Assembly (NCBI RefSeq): GCF_963853765.1
Contig: NC_088861.1
Span: forward strand, 29,698,001-29,762,000
DNA: 64,000 bases
Direction of reading: 5' to 3'
Source of the DNA: Magallana gigas
Taxonomy: Eukaryota
Shown: piece after piece, positions 1 through 12,100 of the stretch
Numbering within the stretch: position 1 is the stretch's first letter
Layout: every line of letters begins with the position of its first letter
Program-made: the position numbers and the translations under genes
Notes under the pieces: model-generated
The model's database searches: none
Told to the model about the DNA's origin: nothing
The model's input: the letters and a program-made list of their open reading frames with translations, nothing else

Positions 1-24
1 GCCTGACTTTGCAGTTGTACTAAC

Positions 25-105
25 CAGTCGGGCCGGTTCCCAGTCTTAGGAACCACATTCAGCCGCCTCATGCCTGTACCACTCTCCAATGAGAACCGCT
101 TACAC
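25..105 (-). CDS. VPS13D: VPS13D coding exon 53 (last in window)
   Basis: [26 protein letters not shown]; AG/GT. Confidence 0.9.
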
Positions 106-3100
106 CTGTGTAACAGAAAGCATAGACTCAGTCTTACGATTACTAAGTAAACAGTTACTGTATCACGGAAAAAATGGAATCTTACAATTACTAAGTCAAC
201 TGTAACTTTAAAAGCTTTTGCTAGATATACTAATAACAATTTAATTTAAAATATTATTTTTTTTTTTTTTTTTTTTTTTTAAATGCTTTAAAAATTTAAA
301 TGCAAAAAATTTCTAACACAATTGAAGTTTATGTAAATAATTTATTCAGAAATTTCCGTTCGTCAATTGTTTAATCAAGTTAGCTAATGTTTTGCTCTCC
401 GTGTTTTCTCCATGTGATAATACAATACACAATCTTACCAAACAGGAACAGCGTCCGGTCCTTTTACAGACTTTCCTACCCTCATTGTGCATCTGCAGAG
501 ATCAAAGACAGACTTATTAACATTCAAGACATTTGACGTTATTCTTTACCAACACTATATCATTGCTGTCACAGATTTTTTATAGTCAGAAAAGTGTAAC
601 CTGTGGACGCTGAAATCTTTGTAAAATGACAAATCTAATATAAATACTGTATACAGGGAAATATTCGGCCCCATTTTTTTTCGCACCTTTCGCCCTCATT
701 GCCAGTGGGCGAATTTAAGACTGGGCGAATTCCAATGTCTCAGATTATCTCTCTTTAACTCATCTTTGTTTGGGCAAATTTAAGACGGGGCAAAACCGTT
801 TGCAAGTGTAGAACGACAAAAATAACACGGGGCAAAAGTAACCCAGGATACAGTATTCAATGAATAAAATGACAAGATTGATGAATCTGACAACCTATAA
901 TTCAAAACAGATTTCTGATCGATATCAAGGATATCTACAATCTGACACTCCCATCAAAACTGATTTCTGTTATATATTAAGGATTTTTTTTCCCAACATA
1001 CCGATCAAAACAGCTAGATTTCTGACAGATATCGATTCAGAAGATATTTACGGTCTGACTCTATGAACAAAGTGATATCTGACAGATATTTAAGATATTG
1101 ACTATTTTAATATCATACTCACAGGTCAGGGAGGTCTTTCTCAGCATAAGAGAAGAGTAGTGGGGTGACAGATCGTGCAAGTTCGTGCTCCTCGAACTGA
1201 CCGGCGGCATCCTGCTGACAGTAGTCCTGTCTGAACACCAGGGGGAGCCCTGACGTGTTCACCAGCCAGTATGGGGCTGTCACGTGGATCTGGACATACA
1301 GGGCAAAGAATGTATGCATCATGATGATGAATGTTTAAGAAATTAACCTCACACACTTCCCTCCACCCCAAATAATTTTTTATATACAATCATGTACAGT
1401 CATGTACTGTGACAGTGGATCTTCAAAAAGATAGCACACAATGTACATGTACCTTCAAGAAGAAGAAATCTTAACATCAAACTTAAACTAATTTGGTCTA
1501 CTGCAAACAATTTTCTCTAACAAATGACTAGTTGTAGTTATTGTAATAAAATGCTTTACACTGAAATAAATATATAGTCTATGTTTAACAAATCAAGGCT
1601 GGTTCCTAAGAACTTATACTAGTTACTGTTGCAAAATTGTCTTTCATGTGAATAAAGTTGCTTTAAGTCTCAGAAAAGTTCTGCATTACAATGACTGTCC
1701 CACACAAAAACCCAAGTTTAAATATTATCTACTTTCAGTTTTGAATCTGAAACTAACCGACACGGATCCCCCCTTCCTGGAGATGATCTTGATGAGTAGC
1801 TCCAGCAGCCTGCCCTTGGTGTCGTACAGCCGGATCTTGACCTTGTGGTACTGTGGCCCGGTGGTGACCGGGGGAACCACCAGCTCCTTACAGGTGGGGA
1901 AGTTCTCCAGGTTCAGACCCAGCTCCAGGGGCTGCTGGGGGTCGGCCTGTAACACACAGAAACAAAGAAAGTCAGAGGGACCCTATGTCGTTGTCATGGT
2001 ATTGCCCAATGGATACTGGAAATTCTTGCACAAAACACACTCAATGTTTGTATTACCCGGTAAAAGGGATAATATTTGAGAAAATAAAATTCAGCACTCT
2101 TACATAGGCTTATATAGAGAAATAAGCTTCAAGAAAATGCAAAATCAAGTTGAATTTTTTGAACACTTATTAGACTTAGTCTAGGAGAAAGCATCAATAA
2201 GTCATCTTTAAGACTAAAAAAAATTTCATACTAATTTGCTGAAACTAGTCACCACTGCTACATGTAAATCCTGATCAGAGGCTTCAAATACAATTAAACC
2301 CCTAACATCCTCATAATGATAAACTCAAAAAAAATAACTCAACATTTTAATACAAGGAAAATAAGCATGAACAGACAGGATATACTGACAGCGTGTAGGT
2401 AAGCCTTGTCCTTGGCCTTCACGGTCCCACTGATGGCAGTATCCTTGATGTAGTACCTCAGCTCTACGGGCAAAAGGTTACGGATAATCACCGGGGGTCG
2501 TATCGACAGCGTGTGACCCGGCAGGATCAGACTCGAGTCCTCGGTCAAAAGCTGTTCTGGATAGTTCTCCCGCTTGACCGACACACAGAACCTTTAAAGA
2601 GAAAATGCATCAACATATACTAAGCTGCTTTTGCTAAAATTTATAAATACTAGTCTAAGATTGATTTCTAAATTAAACACAACACTAATTTTATTTTTTT
2701 GACAAATGTGACTTAAAGAAAAATTGACAGAATTTTTGTGCTCACATTTTTTTCTCAGAATTTGATGCAAGACCACAGAATCATGGAATTAAATAGGAGA
2801 AAAAAAAAGTCAATTTTCATTGGTGAATTAATGAACAAGAGAATCTGTGGGAAAAGAAACCTCAATGCTTTCTGCTTGCCTACCTGTAACTTCCAGACCC
2901 ATCTGGTGAATCACACTTCATTATTTTCTCTCTTACTTCTCCAGCCAACCCTACATTCTGCCAGTGTATTGTTTCATTACAGTACTTAACAGGCCAATCA
3001 GAGGGCCTGATATAAAGCATGGAAGACACATATGGAAGTGGGAGAGGCAGGCTTTCATTGGCTGGAATTTCCATAATGTTGAATTTTCCTTAAAAAAAAT

Positions 3101-6100
3101 CATAATAAGTTTATCACTATGGCTACCATGATTGCATCAAAAGCAAATCATCATAGGGAAAGAATACTTTTGAAATATAAATTTGGAAGAAAATTGTTAA
3201 TTCCTGCAGTACTTATTATCAATTGAAAATTCTTTTACCCTCCAAGCCCAAGTCGGTGGCCATCTTGAGATCGATGCCCGAGTCGAGCTCATTGCGGACA
3301 ATGAGGGCAGACCGGACCGTGATAAGCTTGCGAGCCTTGCCCTCCTGCTTCACGTCAAACACCACCCGGGCTGGCTTCTGCAGGGAAGGGTCATGTTTAG
3401 AGCTGTAGGTCAGCTGGAAAATCAAAGGAATTGATACCAGAATTTGAAGCAAAAATGTTAGCCTGTAAGATGCATGGTTAAGATGAACAAGGTTTGAAGT
3501 TTCATTTCAAAACCACATGATATTTGATTGATTTCATAGTTAAGTTACTACATCTTATATGGACCAAATCAGTACATTTTCCCATTAAACCTTCAGACTG
3601 TACTATGTTTGGTTCAGTACTTACCCCTATGAGACCTTTGGTCTGTGTGACGTCCAGTTCAGTGCGATGTCTGGTTCAGTACTTACCCCCATGAGATCTT
3701 TGGCCTGTGTGACTTTTGGTTCAGTGTGATGCTTCAATACTTATCCCCACAAAACCTTTAGCCTGTGTGACGTTCGGTTCAGTGTGATGTCTGGTTCAAT
3801 ACTTACCCCCATAAGACCTTTGGTCTGTGTAACGTCCAGTTCAGTGTGATGTCTGGTTTAGTACTAGCCCCCATGAGATCTATTGTCTGTGCGACTTCTG
3901 GTTCAGTATGATGTCTGGTTCCGTACTTACCCTAATGAGACCTTTGGCCTGTGTGACGTTCAGTTAAGTGTGATGTCTGGTTCAATACTTACCCCCATGA
4001 GACCTTTAGCCTGTGTGATGTCCGGTTGGGCATGCCTGAAGTACACTCCAACACGATCCACCGTCACATTGCTCAGCTTCATCCACCCATCCACCTTCAC
4101 CACCAACTGATTAGTGCTCAGTTCATGGGTTTTCTGCAAGCATGTAAAATATGATTGTAATGACTAAGTTACTGCAATACACAGTTACTATAACTACCGG
4201 TATAATTATGTAACACAAGACTGAAAGTTTTTTTCCTGCAAAAATCTGAAATTGTTTTACGACATGTCATTTCTCAAATTTATATCTTTTTGTGACAGTC
4301 ATATTCATGTCTTTTTTTAACAAAAGAAATCATTTTACGTTGTGCAGTTTTTACAAAAGGAATAGTTTTACATTGTGTTGTTTTTTACATTCAATTTAGA
4401 AATTCTTTACCTCATGCCGGTTTTTTTCCTTGTTGTGGAAGAAGAACGGCATCTTCTCGCCCGACTCCACCTTCTTCCACTCTGCTGCCTGGATGTAATG
4501 ATCATCCTTCTGAGTCTTCCTTCTCCCAGATCTGTAAAGAAAAATTCTGAGTGAAAAAGTAACATTTTGTATACTATATTACTATAGAAATGTCCTCATT
4601 AAAGTTTGCTACTTGAGAGAAATGCAAATCTTAATCAAATTGCATCTAGTTTTTCTTCTTCATCTTCATTAAAATTCAGAAAAATATGTGTTTGATATAA
4701 ATTATGCTAGATAACTGTAAATTCATACTGGGCATGTCTTAACCAAGTACTATTATAAAGGAAATCTCACTAAATGTACATATCAACTACGAAATTATTA
4801 AAACTTCTTGTAACCAGCCATCTGATTGGTTGCTTTGACTTACCTTGGTGTGGTGGTTACCGTGGTGAACCACAAAGTACAGCCCGTTTCATTGGACAGC
4901 ACAAAGGGAACAAACGGCACACGTCGTCTCTGACAACTCACAACGGAGCGACTTAATGGGTGGGCCAGATTCTGAGAATTTGCTGGGCTAAGAAAATAAA
5001 TTTTAGTTTTCTTTTCAGAATCCAAACCTATCTTGCATTAATTTTTCTCCAACAAAAAAAAAGGACAGATGAGGAATATTTACTAATAGAATATTTAGAT
5101 GTTATGACTTATTAATAGATAACACAGATGACCTTGAATCTGTTCATCACCATTTATCTTTGATTTTTTTTGTGTGTAGCAAACTTGACATTTGGTTACT
5201 TGTTAAAGTCAGTCTCAGAAGAAAACCACAAAGCTGAATGCACCCTTATTGAGTGGTCTTATTCCCCCCCCCCCCCTAAAATAACTTATTTTTTTTAACA
5301 TTAAATATATGCATGTACACAGTCAGGTAAATGATTTGGTTCTTTCAATGACCTACAGAAATAACACTGTGAGGCCAAAAATAAAATAAATGCATTTGAA
5401 ACATTTTTGAGGCAGGCAGATATTAATCTTTTTTTTAAATTCACAGCAAAATTTGCAAGGGGGAATACCACAAATTTTTAATATCTTAACTGAGTTATTC
5501 TCCTTTACTTGCCAGAGAACTAACACATTTACTGAAACAGTTGAACTTCGATATCTCGAACGCTCTTCTCTCAAATACAATGAATATGTCGAAGACCCAA
5601 CCACTCATTTTTAGGTATTTACCCTCAATATCTCAAATACTTGGGAAATCTCAAAGTTTTTAAACAGTCCAATTTAGTTTGGAGATAACGAAGTTTGTTT
5701 GTGTTATTTTTGGCCTACGACGGTTGACTTACACGCCCTGCCTGTAGTAGTCCTCGGACCAGGTCATCTTGGTCTGGTTGTAAAGCTCCAGCAGGGTGCT
5801 GGTCAGGTTCAGATTCAGGACATCCTGGGCTGGGGAGACAAAATATCAAGGACAGCACTCAGAAGTTGACCAATAATTTGAAAGTGTTTTTATTATTATA
5901 ATAGCGATGTTCTTAAAAAATGCCTAATCCCTATTTCCCTATTTTCTTCTATCTTCTAAGTTGAACATATTAAGTAACGACATGACTATGAAAAACAGTG
6001 TTACGGTACTTAGTCTAGTTAAAAACTGAAACTTGACTGGGACTTGAACAGAGTCTCTGAGCTTCCAAAACTTAATATGAATACAAGATATAAAGATTTT

Positions 6101-9100
6101 AACAACTTGAAGTACATGTATACTTTTAATAATAGATAACCATCATTACCACTGATCTGTACGGCTGTCTTCTTCTCCGTGTTCTGGTAGTACTTCTTCC
6201 ACTCACAGCGACACCTGTAATTGTGGACTCATTTCTTTACAACTTTTCTAGACGTACAAGTACACGCAAGTCATAAAATATCATTCTATATTTCCGAAAT
6301 AAACTAGAAAATAATATTGTCTAACTAATGAAATCTATATCTAACTACAATGTACTATGTTGTACATCTTTGTAAAAGAATATACTGTACATCTAAATAA
6401 AATGCAACTGCTTTTACATGGCGGATGTTAACTGCATTTACATTTTTACTGGTAAATATCTGGTACTGTAAATAATACATGTATTTTTTTATTAACAGTG
6501 ATTTCTAGGTCTTACTTTTCACTATTCTGTGATTCAAAATGCCCCAAAAATTGTAAGAAAAATCTACTATTATAGTACAGTAGAGTCATTTACATTAATT
6601 TGATTTTTTAAAATTCTTGCAAACCTCCTGCATTTTTATGTGGAGCCCTGAAAAAGAATCCAAACAGTGTCTTACTTCCACTGCTCGAGGAAAGGTTCCC
6701 AGCCGGAGAGTTTCCTGTTGTAATAGTCGCCGGTCAGAAGGAAGGAAGCGAGTCCCTCCTGGCGAGGCGAGAGCTGCTGAGAGAACTGGATGGAGCTGAA
6801 CGCGATCTCCGCAAGCGGTACATCAGAGTCGCCACAGTCGTCAATTAGACACACGCACACTGTGGAAGACTTTACCTGAAGAAAAATGAAATAGGAATGA
6901 AATATTACACTTCAAGCAGGTGATTTTTTCCAGACCTGATATTAATTAATATTAATAGATTTTAAAATGAGTGCACCTCCAAGATCATAGTATTAACTTT
7001 GAAAAATGTAAAATATGATGTTCAATTCCGTTTTCTCCTCCCTGGGCCCCTCTTAGTTGTATCTATCCTTGTAATACCATCTTACATCTATTCCAGACCT
7101 ATTATACTGGGTCCCCCTCCTTAGACCCCTCACACATCTATCTCTGTAATATTGAGTCCCCCCTCCTTGGACCCCTCACACTTACATCTATCCCTGTGAT
7201 ATTAAGTCCCCCCTCCTCTGGTTTGCTCCTCTCCTCTGGGGTGACATTCTCTGTCAGCCACAAGGCCGCCTCTGTCAGATTCATCTTGTTGAGGTCCAGG
7301 GCTTTCTTACAGTCCTCCGTACTGAATCCCATATCATACAGACTGGACAGCTTGTTAGCTGCAGAGTAAAGGCAAAATGTATTACTTACATTAGGTTTCA
7401 TTACTTATTACAAACACATATTAATATAATGTATGTAATCAATGGTAAAAGAATCTGATGTCTGAAAAATTGCGAATGAATACATTTATTTACAAAAATT
7501 TGAATAATGTAACTCTACAAGGTTTACTTATCTAGTTTGGCAAATATACTGGCATTAAAACTGCAGATGCAATGAGCTGGCATAAATCAATGAAATTTTG
7601 AATAAAAAATGATTTTATGGAGGGGTGAAGGGTCTTGTAGTTTATTAAAAATTACTTTCTGTTCAAAGAGATGATATCTCTGGACAATGAACAGAGAGTT
7701 TCTTACAGTGATTCTATATATCTAATAGCCATGCACTACCTTGGTAGGTTTTATCAGTTGGTTTTTCATGCTGCTGTGCCTTCAGAGCTTGCTGTGGGAT
7801 GGAATTCAAGATGGCCAAAAACATCTTCATGTCAATGTACGACAGACGAATGTTCATAACATTGAATGTAACCTGAAGCACAAAGGAGAGAACAATAATA
7901 TTATGTTAAATAAATATAAATCATTCATAGTTGTTGTAAAACTTATGAAAAGTATGTAGACACTAGTGCAATATTTTTATAAACCAAAAGTTCGAAACCA
8001 ATTCTCGAAAAAGGGAAAAGTGACCAAAACGTTTGTTGACTTGTTGTTGACTGTAATGCAGTACAATGTACCAGAGTCTGCCATTTACCAGTACATTACT
8101 TGCATAACACATAAAATTTACAAAAACTGGCACCCCGCCCACAAACTATAATGACTTCACCTTACCTCTAGCACCAGGTTCTTCTGGTGGACCTGTGAGG
8201 CCTCCAGCAGCCCCCCGGAGCTGGACAGCTTGTGTTTGGGGAGTGGATTGGCGTTCAGGTCCACATGGATGGTCAGTGGATCAATGATGGACTGAGCTGT
8301 CTCCTCCTCGGCTGTCAGAGAGCAGGAAAATACCTCCAAAGACTGGAGAGTGCACGACAGGATCTTGTCCTGGGCCTTGGGACGGAAATTCAGTATGGCT
8401 GTGCTCTGTACGTGGAAAACCAAAGAAATTCTAATTTTAGTATTAAGTGAATTTTTTAATTTTTATTTTGAAAACAAGAAAATAAGAGATTAAGCAAAGC
8501 AATTAAGGATCAAAATTAATTTTCAACAATATTTTTTTCACAGTTTAAGTTAACATCTCTGTCAGTGTCAGTTGTCATAAAACTGCATGCTGGTTAAATT
8601 TCTGTCCGTGATAACTATCAAATTTTTCAACCACCAGATAATATCTTCAAGTTGGTCATCATAAATCATGTCTTATATATGTGAGTGAGGGGCGTACTTT
8701 GAGGATGACAGCATTGGTATCCCAGGTGGTGCTATCCTCCACCACAATAAACTGTGTATCTGACACGTTCAGCTTCATCTCAAACGGCACCTCCACCTGG
8801 TAAAATAATCACACAATCAGGGGCATGTATATCATACAAAATGTGAATGATTAAAAACTTGTGGATCCTTAGTTTCAGTATTCTCCTGCATACCCTATCT
8901 TGTCTGATTTTAGTATCAAATTGAATATTACATTCATTTTATTTAAAATCTGACAGAACATCAAAATATCTTGAATATATACCTAAACTCAGTCCATTAC
9001 ATAATTCATGATCCTTTGATGAAAATAACCATGATTATGAACATAACAATGGCAGATAAAACTATACATAATGATTTCATCTAAACATCACTTGAATTGA

Positions 9101-12100
9101 AGTGTATCCAACAATAATTTATAAAGATACTTTTTGACAAATATTGACCAGCCAGTTTATTTGAGAATCAGTCTATACAGTAAACACTGTTACAGAGGTG
9201 GTTACCTCCTCCACGATTGGCCCACGCTTGGTCATGATTCCACTGGACACCGTCAGTGGACTGGTGGTTTTGGTGGAATCCCGCGATGACTGTCTGCTGA
9301 CCTCGGGGGAAGCCATCTCCACATCATGGGATGCCACTTCTTTTTCTATATGATATCAAATATTTTTACTTTTAATGAAAATTATTCCAGCCCAATGAAA
9401 AACCAGGACACCCACTCTTTTTCCTTCCTTTCCCCCCCAAAATTCAACCAAGTCTTAGAATAGTCTTTCACCATTTCATCTTTACACATATTAAAACAAC
9501 TTTACATCACCCTCAACTCATGATCAGTTTGCACCTTGATAAACTTGGATTCCTCTTGCGAAAAAAAAACCCACTACAGTAACAGTTATTTTTCAAACTA
9601 TAATCATTTCTTAATGAATCCACCAAAATGACTTTTTATTCCTATAAATTAAAGCTCTCAAACCTTTTCTATAGTTGGATCTACCCCACAAACTGTTTCA
9701 AATTACTGAAAATAGCAAGAAAGTATAATGAAGTCAGACCTTGTTTGAACGGATCATCGGGACTCTCCATGAGGAAGTCCCGGATGGACAGAATCCAGTC
9801 AAAGATACACATGACCTTCATGTTGTTGAGGATGACGGAGAACTTGTTGGACTCCTGGGTCGCTCGGTAGTGGAGCTCCAGCTGGAACGTCTTGGACTTC
9901 TTACCCCGGGGGCCGGGCTGTAGGATCTTCTCAAACACATTGGGACGGACGTTCACTGGGGCATCTGTGTTTGAAAAAGAAGGCAATTGTAGCTATATTA
10001 TATAACTTAACTGTTCAAGTCTTCAGTTTTAAAGTTCCAGCATGCATTTAATTTTTACAAGTGGCATAGTTTAATTGCAAATTTTTTTTTATAAGAGCTT
10101 CCAGTAAATGCAGACTGAATATGTCATATGAGAAATTAAAGATAAATAATAATTCTTTGCCTTCAAGATTTAATATAATACTAATCTTTTAGCTAAATTG
10201 TAAGTTTAACTTAGAGTATTGTGATGCTAACCTCTAAATCTTGTGTCACTGATGACAATTTCATTTGACACCAGATCTATGTCTTTTGATTGGTCAGAAT
10301 AGCTGTCAAATTTAAGGGTGGAGCAGATGAAATCCAGCTTAGCCAATGACTGCTCAGGACACTCCTGGCCGTCGGCATGAGCCAACAACAGCTCCACAGT
10401 CACATTGTTGAGATCAATTGCCATAGCAATGCCCTGCCATACTTTTCCACTTAGCACCGTCTGTAAAAATGGAAGTAATCTTAGGATCTTTCAGAGTTTA
10501 TATGAATAGCATTTGAAGACAAAATTATTTTAAACATTTACATAATTATGTGTTTTACATACTAAAAGTTCCTGTTATTAAATAATGAGTAAGTTTAGAG
10601 TGGTATAAATTCAGTGGAGAAGTTTTCACAAGCTGCCATAATGTAGCCCTCTCCGATTTTTTTTTATCTGACATTTTCTGGAGAGGGCTTCAACCCCCAA
10701 CCCCCGAAAAAAAAGAAAACGGGGAGAGGACTTTATTGCATTTTAGTTTTCATCTGTCAGAAATCACAATCATTAGTAAACTGATTTACATAGACATTAT
10801 CTTAAATTCAGAGACAGAGCCACAATTTTTACAAGTAAACTAAAATTCAGCATCAGGACCAAGCAATTTTGGTTGAATATAACTGCAGTTCATTTTATCC
10901 GATAAGTTTATAATATTATTATATACAGTTCTAAATTTGAAAAATTAAATTAAATTTTGACATCATTCTTCAATTGTAAACCTGAATTAATTTAAAGTGG
11001 TTTTGCTGTTACATAGTACTCAGTAAATACATACATCAATGACTGGGTCCATCAGATGGGCCATCAGTTGCTGCTGGAACTGTGGGAGTTTCTCACCCAG
11101 GTTGTGGTCCAGGATCCCCCTGACCAGGCGGTACTGGGCGGGGTCAAGGGAGCAGTGGACCGAGGAGAGGGTGCCACTGACGCGGAAGTCCGGGGCCGAG
11201 TGACTGATGTCTCCCTCCAAGTTCCGCTCCACGACCAGTGTCAGCTGGATCTTTTCTTTCAGGGGGCTGCCACCCTGTGATAAAGTCAACCATTAATTGA
11301 GAAATATCAATATTAATTTTTTTTATTTTATTCCCAACGAGAATAAGAAGCTAGTTAGTCCACTACTAAACAAGTAGTTACAGTAAAACACGGTTATATT
11401 GAACACACTTATAATGAATTGACGCTCACAGCAAAGTGATTTTCATTCCCCATGTTCCCTGGGATTTTATAACATGTTGTAAACTTGAAGGATATAACAA
11501 ATTGTGCCTATAACAAAGTAAAATTGCCCTGGGACTTCGTTATAAGCGTGAATTACCTGTATTATGAGCATTGTTCTGGAAATTATGTACAAATAAAAGA
11601 GCTCTTGAAATTGTGGTGCAGACTTATCCAAAAACTGAATTTTGACCAAAAAAAAACTTTGCTTTTTCTGCAATTTTAGTTAAAAAACAAATCACAGTAA
11701 TACATAAATTTTATTTAACTGTGTATCAGAAGAACAGCAGCACAAAATTTATTTGATGTCTGTAAATAATTTACATGAGTGAATTCCTACTTATTCTCTC
11801 CTGACTTGCCTGTTTTTGCACCATGAAAGATTTGAACTCCAGGTCCTGCCCACTTCCATCATAGCTTTGCTTGTTGACGCGCTCGGCTGAGTACAAGTTC
11901 ATGTCCTTCAGATGAATATTCATGATGTCCAGCAGACACACATGGTCAGCCTCAGTCCTGGAAGTTATCATCCTAGACCGGTTCAGAGAACTAGTGGAGG
12001 GGGTCTTCCTTACCTTCCCCTCCCTCATGCTGTCGTTCATGCGTAAACGATGCTGGGACGTCATGCTTGATGAACTGTAAAACAAGGAACTGGAATCGGG

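Noticed and set aside
1648-2079. 143-aa plus-strand ORF, and similar ones at 20667, 27844, 29227, 11056
   Set aside because: Antisense shadows of GC-richer VPS13D exons; no independent coding signal.
3605-4020. Regularly spaced repeats resembling a CRISPR array
   Set aside because: Units are contiguous tandem copies with no unique spacers, derive from an exon end, and there are no cas genes; eukaryotic context.
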